Source: Eledone cirrhosa (lineage: Eukaryota). From it: a DNA stretch of 64,000 nt. The notes beneath the pieces are model-generated. The model saw nothing but the letters and a program-made list of their open reading frames with translations, had not been told where the DNA came from and did not search any database. The stretch's first letter is position 1. Each line of letters begins with the position of its first letter. The stretch covers positions 356,376,001 through 356,440,000 of the forward strand of contig OZ024740.1 in NCBI GenBank assembly GCA_964016885.1, read 5' to 3'. This document shows positions 13,200 to 26,924 of the stretch, one piece after another. Both the position numbers and the translations under genes were made by a program.

Positions 13200-15420
13200 T
13201 ATTCAGACCTGGAGAGTCATATGCTCTACCAAGTTTAAAATGTTCGATACACACCGCACCTAATGACGACGTCCTCTACGAATCCATCAGATTTTAAGTT
13301 CTGATGACCATGTTCAATTGTCTCAGAGCTACTGTGCCTTCCAGTCACGAGAGCTTACTTCGGTTTTGAGGCGAATTTAGCATATATAAAAAAAAATATT
13401 AATTTAGTAATTACAAAACAGAAAATATACAATCCGTGGACCACGATTCGTACCGTATATGTCTCCCTTTTCTGTGAGTTATTCCGAAATTTCAATGAAG
13501 GAAACCTTGAATATATTGTGTATTCTTTTACTGGTTCCACATTTTCGCCTTTGGTATCGCTGTGGTACTGATTTTAAGAGATATCGATTATATCGAACAC
13601 AGTATTTTGTCTGGTTTTCGATTATCGATCGCAGTAGAATAAACACAGTTGATCTCGGTTGGGTTTCATTCATGTATATAGAATATTTTTCCAACTCATT
13701 TCTAAAAACGCACTGAGCTTGTGTTACAATAAAAAAAATCCTTTGGTTTCAGCTTTGGTTCTTTTGCTTCTTACCCAGCACTTAGAATTTTCCTCATTGT
13801 GTATAGTTCTATTAGTTTCAGTCCATTCAGTTGAACATAATATAACTATAACGTTTTGCGTATGTTTGGAATTTAGCTCTGTTTTAAGTATTAACCTATT
13901 GCAACGATAATAGTCATTCGTAATCTTTTCTTTCTGGTGTTTGCATTATAATCTACCTCCTTCACAGGCCTGCGTTTAGTTCATTTACTTATCTCTGTTT
14001 TTGTATCTAAGATCATAGCAGTTCATATTGATTGTTCGCTTTTCGTGATTTTCCGAACATAGTTTTGGGTTAAGTTTTCAACTGAATTCACGCATCGTAT
14101 GTAACAATATTTGTAATTGTATGCCTTCTATAATGTGCAGCATTCTGTTATCCATATAAAAATAATGCTGGATTATGCCATAGATTTTATATAGGTTAAA
14201 TATATTAATACCTTAGAGAAAAACAAATGGAGTTAAGGTGATTCATTAGGGAATTACTGCTAACAGGGAGAGGATTCGTTTTATAATCACTCAGTGTTTT
14301 ATACCCGCAGTAGCGTTTACTATTTGCTCATGACTCGTTTCATCACTCGTATTAGTGCAATCATACTCACTGCTCATGGTTCCGGAATCAAATAGTAGAG
14401 AATACTGTCGAAACCATACTGTAAGCAATCCAGGCATTGCTCTGACCTTCGTTTCATTTTCCTACAGTCCTTAGCTGATGTGTTTTGACCGGAATTGATC
14501 TTTTTCAGTACTAATTCTGGAGATATGATTATCTTCTTCGTTTTGGTGAATATTCATCCTCTACGATGCAATCACGCGTAATACTTTAAATGTTTTAGAA
14601 ATATATATTATGGATCTATGACTTTGTTGGGTTGCTGTTTCAATAGCCTTTGAATATGAAGATGGCTTTATTTTCGATAAGCCATTTAGGTCTTGTTTCT
14701 AGGCCTTGCGGTACATCCATAGATATTCTTGTCAGCACTTTGTAAGTGGTTGCTAAATATTTCAGCCATGAAAGACCTACATCGCTGCCTAGTGCTTTTC
14801 AGTTGTTCATTATTTAAAGTATTTAGGTTATTTGATATGTTGTTTATAGAGCCCACGATTGTTCAGATGCTGCATTTGTTATTTCGATAAATCTCATCAG
14901 TGGCAATCACAACTTTACATTATCTCCCCGTCCACCAACTAATACTACCATCAACTAATAGCAACATCATTCTCTTTTAACATTAAGCCTCACTGTTGCC
15001 ATGCTACTCTTGTAATTATGTTTTCAATTCATCCGTAAGATGACGCCGCTACCAACATATTTCATATAACTTCTGTAATTGGCCATGTAGTTGACTTTCT
15101 CAAAAAAATCAGTAATTTTCTTCTGTAATCCATCCAGGGAAGGGAAATTAAACGATTCGGCTGGTATATAACATTTTCCAAAGTTTTGGAATATTCTTTA
15201 TATGTAGTAATTTATTCTGGGCAATTCCTCGCTATTTTATCTTTTCCAAGTCATTTGTTCTGTTTTATGGTCGACATCATCTGATTGAAAAAAGACGCGA
15301 ATAATTGAAGACTTTGTTAAAAATACTCTAGCTAAAACATTTTCAAGTTGTTCTACAAACCATTTAGCTTGCAGACGACATGTTTCTTTTTAGTTGTATA
15401 TTTCACTAGAATTGTTGTTG
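13200..15420 (-). pseudogene. Highly decayed RLE-type non-LTR retrotransposon
   Basis: Residual EGGR-like (about 13960) and C-terminal zinc-knuckle-like (about 13520-13600) traces resembling the element at 22753-25665; many stops. Confidence 0.45.
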
Positions 15421-16914
15421 GTGTTGTTATTTTGAGTTGTAATTCGTATAATTATACTAGCGTTATCAATCAAAATAAAGTCTGAAAATAATATTACTGA
15501 CGGAAACAGTTGGAAATCAGTGCAGAAAATTATCTTTGATTATAATATGTGTGGTCGTAGAAATATTTACGATATCTCAGACACCCAATTCTTAATGACC
15601 AATTCTATTTTATTAGGCTGCAATTCTTATTGCTGTTGTTTAGGCCGGGACTTTCACTGATCGAGCAGACCTATAACCAAAAGCATTCTCTTTACGACAC
15701 TACTATACATTAAACAGCCATAGTATATCTATGACTACATTATCCAATATTTTTTAATGATAGTAGGTTGTGTTTTAAACGAGATTTAGTCGCCGTCTCT
15801 TACTGGTTGATTGACCAGGGTGAATCATCCAGATCAGGCTCTTAATCTGCAAGATATGAGTAATGACAACCTCTTAAAATTGATAAAAGTTTAGTTAGCT
15901 CATAACGATGAACTCTACTTTTGCAGTGCAAAAAAACCTCATAACCTGAACAGGAGAACGTTCGGTGTTATCTATCGTGATAAAATATTATGAAATGACA
16001 AAAGAGGTGTATTAACGAGCTGCTCATCGCAAGAACGGTTACGTAATTCAACTCGAAACAAAATTATAAAACCAATTATTATTTCATGTCGTATTCTTTT
16101 GTTTTTAATTTGAATGAATTAGCTAGGGAGAAAGGATTTAACCTTTGATTCTTTTCAGAGTTCTGAGAATGTTGGGAAGCCGGGAGAAAGTTATCCGCAG
16201 TGAGAAAATATTATTGGAATGCTTGCACTAGAGGGGAATCTGTTTAAGGCTGCAGTTTACTGCAGTTGTTTAATACGAGTGTAGGTAATAGAAGAAGAAT
16301 AGAATTATGTATTTGCCATCTGTAATCGCACTCTATAATTGAAACAATATAGTATTGTACTGCTGAGATCTTTGAAATATTATTCAAACTCAAGGACATC
16401 TCGACTTTTAATTTCATCTCAACGTGTTTGAATTGAAATTCTCTGATCATTTTATGGTGCAATAAAGTTGCTATAACATATTGTACATAATCATTGAAAA
16501 AGTCATTATATGTGTGAAACGCAGATAAACATTCTCTTCATTTTTATCAGAGTAGATTAAACGAATTCTCAATTTTTATTATATGCCTCTCAATAGGTAT
16601 TGGTGGGGGATGGGGATATTTGTCTGCAGCCTATAATCGTTATGGGATGACATACTTGAAGTTCAAAGCAACCTCTATATCGGAATTGATTCAGATGATA
16701 TTACTCGTTATTTGACTAGATTATGTTGTAGACATCTTTCCTGACAAAAGATATGTAACACCACAGTTCCTAAAGTTAGGAAGTAAATAACCTTTATTTC
16801 ATTATCAACCCACATTCTAAACGTTTTTCTTTTATTTATTTATTTTTACAGTTTTTTTAAAGTAATTTATTATTGCAATATGAATATATAATGAAGGACA
16901 ATATTTGCAAACAA

Positions 16915-18590
16915 CACCGCAGCGATAGCCACGTTCACCAGAGGAAAGCTGGTGAGAAGTTCATACATTAATCTTGTTTGGGGGAATGTGATAAGAGAAC
17001 TTGATCAAGAGGAAACTTACAAATATCTAGGGAAAGGAAAGGATTAGGAAGGAATATTACCGCAGATAAGAGCAATCTTAAGAACGGAGTTGAATGCAAG
17101 GAATAGGATCGATGCCATAAACACGCTTGCCAGTAGTAACCTACAGTTTCAATGTCATCATCTGGTCAAGCACAGAGATCCGTAGGCCCGATACAAAAAT
17201 TAGAAAATTCTTAACCATGCACAGAATACATCACCCTAAGGCAGATACAGATAGAATATATCTCCCTAGGAAAGAAGGAGGAGGTGGATTAATCCAGTTA
17301 GATATTGCTTTGAAAACTGCAACAATTGGATTATCGACATATCTAAGGGAGGCACATGATTGGATCATCAAACTCGTTTTGAAACACGAAAGCATCAAAA
17401 GATCATACTCCATTACAAAAGATGCACAAAGATACAGTAATGAACTACAAATTTCAGAAGTTCCCTTTACTGCTGAAATGAAAAACACAGAAAAAGCAAA
17501 GCAGGTAAAAGTAACTGCAAAGAAAGAACTGCTACAAAAACTGGCTAAGAAATGGCAAAAAAAGCCTCTGTATGGAAAATACCCAGAAAGAGCTAAAAAT
17601 CCTGATGTTGACAAAACTTTAACCTATCAGTGGTTGGCATCCTCTGGATTGAAATAGGAGACTGAAGGACTGATTATATCAGCACAAGATCAGTGTCTGC
17701 CAACAAAAAATTATCAAGCCAACATAATAAATGGATGCAACCCATTATGCCGTGTATGTAAAAAACAACCAGAGACCATTGATCATATAATTTCAATGTG
17801 CAGTCCTATAGCTCCGACCGAATACCTAAACAGGCACGAAAGAGCTGCACAATACATACACTGGGTAATGTGTAAGCATTTTGACTTGCCCCATCAAAGG
17901 AATTGGTGGGAGCATGAACAGCCTACCGTACTTGAAAAAGATCACATCTCAATCTTGTGGAACTTTAGCATCCAAACAGACCGTAAAATAAATGCAAATA
18001 GACCTGATATAATACTGAAGGACTTTAAAAAGAGGGTATGCCTTCTAATTGATATGTCTGTTCCAATAGACAAGAATGTATCTATAAAAGCATTTGAAAA
18101 ATTGAGCAAATATAAAGACCTGGAGATAGAAATTGGAAAAATGTGGAAGTTGAGAACTAAAATAATACCAGTGGTTGTAGGCGCTCTATGAATGATGCCT
18201 AAGGGGTCTAATGATTACTTATCCCAAATCCCAGGAAACCCGCGTATAGAAGAAATACAAAAGATAGTACTAATGGGAACTGCCCATATACTAAGGAAGA
18301 TTCTGTCAATATAAATACATCACAGGTCTAAACAACTAAAGATACATGTATGTGTGTATGTCACAGGAGCACTAGGTACTTTCTCAAATAACTTTCAAGG
18401 ATGATTAAAGAACATTAGTCCAGTCCTTTTTTTTTTGAGTATTTCAAAAGGCATGCTTGATGGGAACAGCAAGAACCCTTCGATACGTCCTGAATATCTG
18501 AGGCTGCAGGTAGTGGCTTGATGTTCATTCGAACAAACTTTGCAGTTAAATAACATCAATGACTGAGACTCAAATAATAATAATAATAAT
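16915..18590 (+). mobile_element. RLE-type (R4/Dong-like) non-LTR retrotransposon, 3' part
   Basis: YKYLG, RIYLPRKEGGGGL, ETEGLIISAQDQ, CRVC..PETIDHI zinc knuckle, RPDII..D endonuclease, K..KY; ends in (AAT)n. Confidence 0.92.
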
Positions 18591-18775
18591 TGTTTCTACT
18601 TTAGGCACAAGGCCAGCAATTACCCAGTACATTACTGGTACTTTATTTTATCGACCCCGTAAGGATGAAAGGCAAAGGTAACCTCGGCGGGATTTGAACT
18701 CAGACTGTAAAGGGACGTAACTATGCTAGAAAGTATGGCATCCAACCCTCTACCGATACTGCCAATTCACCACCC

Positions 18776-18778
<3 letters not shown>
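18588..18778 (-). mobile_element. tRNA-derived SINE, main family, inserted in an (AAT)n tract
   Basis: Full reverse-complement match; (AAT)n on both sides. Confidence 0.9.
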
Positions 18779-18860
<82 letters not shown>

Positions 18861-19098
18861 TAACAATAATAATCATTATCATCATCACCGTTCTGATTAT
18901 CATAAAAAACTAAAAAAGCCACGTAGTGAGATCGAACCCGGGCCATCAAATTCTTAAACCCTTTCTCATGGTAACATCCTAAAGCTATGTGCATACGTAA
19001 ACAGAAAAAAGACATATCAACTTTCAAAAGGCAGGCATAAAGTAGCTATAAAACAGAACCAGGTGAAAAAGTATTAGCATATATATATATATATATAT

Positions 19099-19652
19099 GG
19101 ACTTATTTTATTACATGTTACCATGTGCTACCTGCAGTATTTTTCTCTATATTTTAATACATATATTTACCACTGCGATTCTGTGTTTTTTCTCTCTCTC
19201 TTACTGTTCCCCCATTCTCTCTGTTTCTCCCCCTCTGTCTTGTCCGTTAACTCTTCCTCACACTTTCACTCACTCACTGTTTTTCTCCCTCTTCTCTTCA
19301 TTTCATCCTGCACTCACGAACGCTATTTTTTCTCTCTCTGCTCAATGGCCTTCGTTCGTGTTGGTACTATTCTCTAAGGCTCATATATTCACCTAGCTTA
19401 TGCTAAACAGAATAATTTTTGAAGCTTGTTTCTCCCCCACGGTATGCTATATTTTCTGTTGTTCTCCTGTCTCACTCGCTTCACGCGTTTTAATTGTCCT
19501 AATAACTTATTTTGGTTATTATTGCACCGAAGTGAGATATATGATTTTTAATGCAATGAAATATCTATGATCTTCGGCAAATCACTGATGAGGGACTTAT
19601 TTTATTACATGTTACCATGTGATACCTGCAGTATTTTTCTCTATATTTTAAT
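19099..19652 (+). mobile_element. About 550-bp (TA)n-embedded element with terminal direct repeats and a CTGATGA motif
   Basis: ggacttattttattacatgttaccatgtg.tacctgcagtatttttctctatattttaat at both ends; homologous copy at 29012-29572 on the minus strand. Confidence 0.8.
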
Positions 19653-19667
19653 ATATATATATATATA

Positions 19668-20495
19668 TTAGTAAAAGGAAAAGAAAATGCTGACAGATTT
19701 TTTCCAGCGAAAAATAGTTTAATTAGGAATAAGTATAAATTAGTAATAAGTAATTGTTTCTACTTTTGGCACAAGGCCAGCAAAATACCCAGTACATTAC
19801 TGGTACTTTATTTTATCTAGTAATAAGTAATGGTTAGTATTCAGTGTTAGTTTTAAGTTTTTTACCGGTTGCGCATTTCAAATGCTTTTCAAAAATAATT
19901 TTGAGATAGAGCGTTCGTTATTTGCTTGGTTGTTGAATGTCACGAGAATAAGCACTATAATTTTGATTGGTCGGTAGAAGGCACGTGAATATTCAATAAT
20001 AAAAGAGGTGAAATGATGTATAGTATTGGCATAACACCAAGGTGTGTGTGAGTGTGTCCAGATTGTACGTACTGCAAGGGAATCCATTAGGCCCTGCTGT
20101 ATGGGATACTTGTGGATAGAAATGTATGTAGGATGTATGTTGATGTAGGTATGTATGTGGACGTGTGTATGTTGTGGGTTCGTCTTAGGGAGAAGTGTTT
20201 AGACGGGGTCCGTATTTGTTAATAAAGTGAGATTCCTTGCTGATGCGCTGGGTGTGGGTGGCATTATCTTTAAATTTGTAGAGGGGAAAGATTCTAAAGT
20301 TGGGATGATTTTGGGCTCTATCTCAAAATTATTTTTGAAAAGCATTTGAAATGCGCAACCGGAAAAAACTTAAACTAACACTGAATACTAACCATTACTT
20401 ATTCCTAATTAAAGTATTTTTCACTGGAATAAATCTGTCAGCATTTTCTTTTCCTTTTTACTAATATATCACAACTCGTGTGTCACACCTCTTAT
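19668..20495 (-). mobile_element. 5'-truncated Penelope-like element: GIY-YIG C-terminus, 3' UTR and inverted pseudo-LTR
   Basis: Minus strand 20308-20186 translates HPNFRIFPLYKFKDNATHTQRISKESHFINKYGPRLNTSP*; 20312-20495 is an inverted copy of the 3' end at 19668-19912. Confidence 0.75.
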
Positions 20496-20497
20496 TT

Positions 20498-20539
<42 letters not shown>

Positions 20540-21000
20540 ATGTGAGAAAAACCACAAACCCTCCATCTCAATTCTACTTTTGAAAAGCAGAAGAACTTCG
20601 AAACCAGTAAAGGAACCAAATAAATATATATTTTTATAAAAAAAGACTCCAGTTGCATTTTCGATACCATCTTTTTCCCTTATACTTTCACTCGTGTAGG
20701 ACACCTTGTTTTTTTTCATTTTGTAAAAAACGTCACTTGCTAATATATATATATATATAATAATAATAATAAAGATACTATTTATAGTTATGTATATACT
20801 ATACTATGAATAACTATAAACAGGAAAGGTCAGTAATTTATTACTACCTTATTACCAGTAAGAGAAATAGCTCAATGTAATAACATCAGGTGTTTTACAG
20901 AGCAGGAATATAAAATACACAAGTATCAAAGTTATGTTCAGATCATTTAAATAATTACGATTGCGAATCCAATTCTGTAACGACTCAGCCACACGCCTTC

Positions 21001-21068
<68 letters not shown>

Positions 21069-21088
21069 ATATATATATATATATATAC

Positions 21089-21139
<51 letters not shown>

Positions 21140-21152
21140 CATATATATATAC

Positions 21153-21189
<37 letters not shown>

Positions 21190-21196
21190 CATATAT

Positions 21197-21385
21197 AGTG
21201 GAAGGCGTGTGGCTGAGTCGTTAGAGAATTGGATTCGCAATCGTAACGTTGTGAGTTCGATTCCTGGACCAGGCGATGCGTTATGTCCTTGAGCAAGACA
21301 CTTCATTTCACGTTGCTCCTTCTACCTGGAGTTGCGACCGATAGATAGTATTAGCAATTGGAAAGACCAACGGAAACATTGTTCC
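21197..21385 (+). mobile_element. tRNA-derived SINE with V-domain-like core
   Basis: A box gtggctgagtcgttagag, B box gagttcgattcc, then tgtccttgagcaagacactt. Confidence 0.85.
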
Positions 21386-21641
21386 CTCGGTCCGATTTGA
21401 CGAAAGTCGATCGTTCCTATATATACAGTTGAAAATTGCAAACTTGACTGTCACCACTGAATCTGAACCTGAAGAGTGCGAAAGCATGAAAATACTTGTT
21501 CAATTAACATTTAATATTCTACCATAATATTTCATTATAATATCATTATAATTTTAAAGGATGGTAAATAAAACGAGTAAATCAGACAAAGTTTGAATTT
21601 CTTTTATTAATATAAACTTCTATACACAATCATACACATCC

Positions 21642-21721
<80 letters not shown>

Positions 21722-21859
21722 AGAGAGAGGGGGAGAGAGAAGGGAGAGAAGGAAAGTAGAGTGAGAGAGAGAGAGAGAGAAAAAGAGGCATACGAGACAG
21801 TAAACTTCGATTGAATGCCGTGCACCTAAAACCGTTGAACGTTCAGCGTTGCTGATTGG

Positions 21860-22048
21860 TAACCATTTGGCATTATCGTTAGAGGGTCGGACGCCATGCT
21901 TTGACGCATAGAGTTACGGCCCTTGCCATTGTGAGGTCGAATCCCGCCGAGGTTAAATTTGCCTTTCATCCTTACGAGGTCGATAAAATAATGTACCAGA
22001 AATGTACTGGGTAATTGCTGGCCTTGTGTCAAAAGTAGAAACAATTAT
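21860..22048 (+). mobile_element. tRNA-derived SINE, main family
   Basis: Consensus match. Confidence 0.88.
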
Positions 22049-22295
22049 CAGTAAACATATAATTGGCCTTCCGATAAATTCCGCTTTACCATAACAGTTG
22101 CTACCCTATAATTTCATACGCTTTAATTTATAATCTGAAACATAGCAAAACACACGAACACCCACTCAGTAGATGTTTACGTGTATGCATATTATGTATA
22201 TGTTTATTATGTATATGTACGTACGTACGTACATATGTATGTATGTACGCACGTATGTATGTATGTACGTATGTATGTATGTATGTATGTATGTA

Positions 22296-22700
22296 GATGA
22301 CCCATTAGCCTTTGTCAAGGCAGAATTCTAGGAGAAGGAAAACTCTCATATAACACCTGCAACCCTGATGGTATCCAATGATGTTGATTTGTTCTTCTTT
22401 TTGGTAAATATCATCTTGGTTAAGAGAGTGGGACTGGCTTTGTGCAGTGCCTTTGCTCACTATAAAAGCTTCACGGCACAGGCATTGCTTTATATCTGGA
22501 GATCTCTCTGCACTTGTCGTCACATGGTACCATGGGTCCAGCACTATGTGTCAATAATTGTCACAAGTGTAGTGTTTGTACCAGAGTTTTCAAGTCGCTG
22601 GCTGGACTAAAAAGTCACACTCGTTCAGTGCATCGGTAGGGGTTCTCCTACATGGATATAAAGTAGTGGCCGTACTCGAAAACGAGTTGGCAGCCACCAT
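22296..22700 (+). mobile_element. Non-autonomous RTE-derived element (bipartite), 5'-truncated
   Basis: RTE-like 5' UTR motif ggagaaggaaaactct, terminal zinc finger HKCSVCTRVFKSLAGLKSH, (TATG)n tail; closely matches 47705-48110. Confidence 0.8.
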
Positions 22701-22752
22701 GTATGTATGTATGTATGTATGTATGTATGTATGTATGTATGTATGTATGTAT

Positions 22753-25665
22753 GTTATCTCTTTCTCTTAATTTCGAGTATATTTTTTTGACCGGCCACCT
22801 TCCTGGTGGCAAGGTTGTAAAAGAAAAGAAATTGTCATCCCTTAAATCGCAAGAATGTTTTGCAAATTTTGAAGGTGCCAACTATCGCAGCCATTTGTAG
22901 ACTATGAATTAGGGAGCATAGCTCTTTGTCCGCAAATCAAAGTTCAGTCATTCTTTGGTCCAAGCGGGTTGGTATATAACCCGTAGCTCCAATAATGATG
23001 GGTATGAAGCTAAAGGTGTATCTTGGATACTGGATTTGTAAACTCCTCATCAATGGTCCGTAGATGTCCTCCTTCTCCTGTATTTTTTCTGACAACGTTT
23101 ACATCAAGTGGGCAGCTGATCTCCACAACAGAACACGTTTTCAATGTGTGGTCCCAAACAACAATATCAGGCCGGTAGTGCTTTAATTTGGTGGCAGTTT
23201 TTAATTTCAGGTTCCACCAGTATTCCTTAGTGCCATCTGTCTCAATATATTCTTCCTTGTTTGTTGTTAATTTTGTTTTCCGAAGTGTGTTCGAGATGGT
23301 TCTAGCTATCCCATCGTGTCTCATGGGGAGGTAGTAGCGAGATGACATTCTTTCGTAGCTGGCAACAATGTGGTTTACATCTTCGATCCTTGTTTTACAT
23401 AGCCTACATTTATTGTCAGCTGATGGCCCTCCTCTTTTGTGCAGTAGATATTTGGTAGTGAGTTCTTGTTCCTGTATTGCATAGCGATATCCCTCAAGGT
23501 GTGATATCATAAACTTGTCGGAACTCCATGCCAGGCTTTTAGAGTGGTTTATCCTCTCTATGGTCTGTGTTTTACGTCTCAAGTATCCATGCACAACTTT
23601 TTCTGTAAATTGGTCAATCTTTTTCATCTTGTTTGAACATTGAAAAGGATCTTCCGATTTCTCTGCGTGAGACATTTATATCAGGCTTTATTCCATATCT
23701 CTCCTCCAGATCAGTGGCTATTCTAATGATATTTTTTTTTCATGCTCATAAACCTGGACAAGATGGTTGCCAACCTTTTTCCTCTGTTGAAGATGTTGCT
23801 TCAGTGTTACTATCCGGGTCTCATATGATGTTAATATGGATTTTAGACCCCGGCCACCTTCCTTGCGTGATAAGTATAGCCTATCCACCTCACCATTGAT
23901 GTTAAAGTTCCCAGTAATACTGAGAAGTTTGCGTGTTCTAACATCTATCTCACTTAGCTCTTGTAATGACCAGTTCAGCAGGCCAAATTTTGGCGTTTGA
24001 ATTAGCACAGCATAAGTATTGTTGTACGTTGACAGTTCTGATGACCATATTTTCTTTACTCTTCTGAGGTATTCAGTTCTGGTTATCTCCTTATTTATGG
24101 GTCCATCATATCTGACATTCTCATCCTGTCCAAGCTATCTGTAGTTGTCACCTGACTGTAGAGGTTGTATTGTCAGGCCGTTCATCTCTAGATTTCTAGA
24201 GGATGGCACAGCTCTTCCACGTTTTACTGCCAAATATGCACACTTGGACTCACCAAATTTCATTTTGATGTCTGTTGAAAATTGTGTAATGAGGTCCAAT
24301 TGTTTCTTGATGTTATTGATATTTGGCCCATACAACTTCAGGTCATCAACAAAGAAAAGATGGAAGATACTTCTGGACCCACTTCTTTGTCCACCTTGTT
24401 TCCTGAGTAGGTAAGATAGTGGATTTAGTGAGAGAAGGAAGAGTAGCACTGACAAGCTATCACCCTGAAAGATGCCCTTCTGGTAATGTATCTTATCAGT
24501 CTTAACTTGCTCCTTCTCACCTCTAAGGATCAAATTGGTGTACCAGTTCTTGGTCAGACGTTCAACAACAGCTACCAGTGGTTGTGGGACTTTGGCTAAC
24601 TGTAAAGCCTTAACAATCCACCCATGAGGTACACTATCAAATGCTTTTTGATAGTCCAGCCACACCACAGTCATGTTTCTACGATTCTTTTTGTTTTTTC
24701 TTGAATCATTTTATTAGTTAGTAGGTGATCTATGCAACCCCACACTTCCCTCTTTCCACCAGCTTGCTCAGGTGTTATGATGTTGTTGGTAGCACAGTGA
24801 TCCTGTAAGAACAGGTTAAGGCACCCAGTATATCATTTATACATGATGTTTTGGCAGGCTATTGGGCGGTAATTTTTAGCAAGGGTGGTTTGGCTATTTT
24901 GAGGATGAGGAGAGTAGTGGCAGTTGATAACTATCTGGGCAGTTCTTGTGTGCCTTTAATGGTTTCTGTAAACAGCCGTATGAGATCTTGCCGATAGAAA
25001 GTGAAATTCTTCAACCAGTATCTTGTAATGAGGTCGGGGTCTGGTGATTTCCTATTCGACATTTTCTGTAGAGCTGTTTCCAGTATTGACCCATCTATGT
25101 CATATTGTTTTGCCTGGACATGTTGGCAGTAGTCCTGTTCCAGTTCTTTTAGCCATTTAGTTTGTCTGTTGAATCCGTCATCCGCTTCCCATACATATCT
25201 CCAGTAGCTCTCAACCTGTTCATTTGAAGGGGTGTCGTTTACAGAGATTGAGCTTTTGACACCGAAGCTGCGACAAACTGATTTAGGATCTCTGGCAACC
25301 AATCTATTTAGCACTTGTCGTTTATGTGCTGTTGACTTATATTTTAGTCTTTCTATTGTAGCTGTGAGTTGTTGTTTCAACTGGTGTAATTTGGAGTTTA
25401 AAGTTTTAAATTTTGTATCTCCAAATCGTCTCTCTAATTTTTATTTAGATCTTCCTGGTGTCGTGTGAAGTTGCTCTCTATGTTGCATTTCATAACGACT
25501 GCGATGTGTGAGATACTTCGTCTCAGGGACAGAATTTTGCTTTTTAATTTTCGCATCCACGCTGGTTCAGGCTTTTGGTTTGTATCTTGATTGCGTGGTT
25601 TTAGATGTTTTTTTATATGATAGCAATGTGACAGTTGAAACAGATAATTGCCAACTATTTCGTTC
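22753..25665 (-). mobile_element. RLE-type non-LTR retrotransposon, long copy with frameshifts
   Basis: RT motifs (WLDYQKAFDSVPH, GIFQGDSLS, FVDDLKLY), RLYLSRKEGGRGL, CRLC..EDVNHI, RPDIVVWD; flanked by (TATG)n on both sides. Confidence 0.93.
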
Positions 25666-25683
25666 ATGTATGTATGTATGTAT

Positions 25684-26826
25684 GTTATCTGTTTCTTTTA
25701 ATTTCGAGTATATTTTTTGACCGGCCACCTTCCTGGTGATAAGGTTGTAAAAGAAAAGAAATTGTCATCCCTTGAATCGCAAGAATGTTTTGCAAATTTT
25801 GAAGGTGCCAGCTATCGCAGCCATTTGTAGACTATGAATTAGGGAGCTGCGCTCTTTGTCCGCAAATCCAAGTCCAGTCATACTTTGGTCCAAGCGGGTT
25901 GGTATATAACCCGTAGCTCCAATAATGATGGGTATGAAGCTAAAGGTGTATCTTGGATACTGGATTTGTAAACTCCTCATCAATGGTCCGTAGATGTCCT
26001 CCAGAAGGAGGGCATCTACGTATTTTTCTACGTATTTTTCTAACAACGTTTACATCAAGTGGGCAGCTGATCTCCACAACAGAACACGTTTTCAATATGT
26101 GGTCCCAAACAACAATATCAGGCCGGTTGTGCTTTAATTTGGTGGCAGTTTTTATTTTCAGGTTCCACCAGTATTCCTTAGTGCCATCTGTCTCAATATA
26201 TTATTCCTCGTTCGTTGTTTATTTTGTTTTCCGAAGTGCGTTCCAGATGGTTCTAGCTATCTCATCGCGTCTCATGGGGAGGTAGTAGCGATATGACATT
26301 CTTTCGCAGCTGGCAACAATGTGGCTTACATCCTCGACCTTTGTTTTACATAGCCTGCACTTATTGTCAGTTGATGGCCTTCCCTTTTGTGCAGCAGATA
26401 TTTGGTAGGGAGTTCTTGTTCCTGTATTGCATAGAGATATCCCTCAAGGTGTGATGTCATAAACTTGACGGAACTTCATGCTTTTTGAGTGGTTTATCCC
26501 CTCTATGGTCTGTGTTTTACGTCTCAAGTATCCATGCATAACTTTTTCTGTAAATTGGTCAATCTTTTTCATCTTGTTTGAACATTGAAAAGGATCTTCC
26601 GATTTCTCTGGGTGAGAGATTTATATCAGGCTTTATTCCATATCTCTCCTCCAGATCAGCGGCTATTCTAATGATATTTCTTTTTCATGCTCATAAACCT
26701 GGGCAAGATGGTTGCCAACCTTTTTCCTCTGTTGAAGATGTTGCTTCAGTGTTACTATCCGGGTCTCATATGATGTTAATATGGATTTTAGACCCCGGCC
26801 ACCTCCTTGCGTGAGAAGTATAGTCT
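25684..26826 (-). mobile_element. Second, shorter copy of the same RLE-type element in tandem
   Basis: Colinear with 22753-23885 but with substitutions and indels; flanked by (TATG)n. Confidence 0.92.
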
Positions 26827-26924
26827 ATGTATGTATGTATGTATGTATGTATGTATGTATGTATAGTATGTATGTATGTATGTATGTATGTATGTATGTA
26901 TGTATGTATGTATGTATGGATATA

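Noticed and set aside
21197-21275. tRNA-like sequence with A and B boxes
   Set aside because: Continues directly into a SINE body; a SINE head, not a tRNA gene
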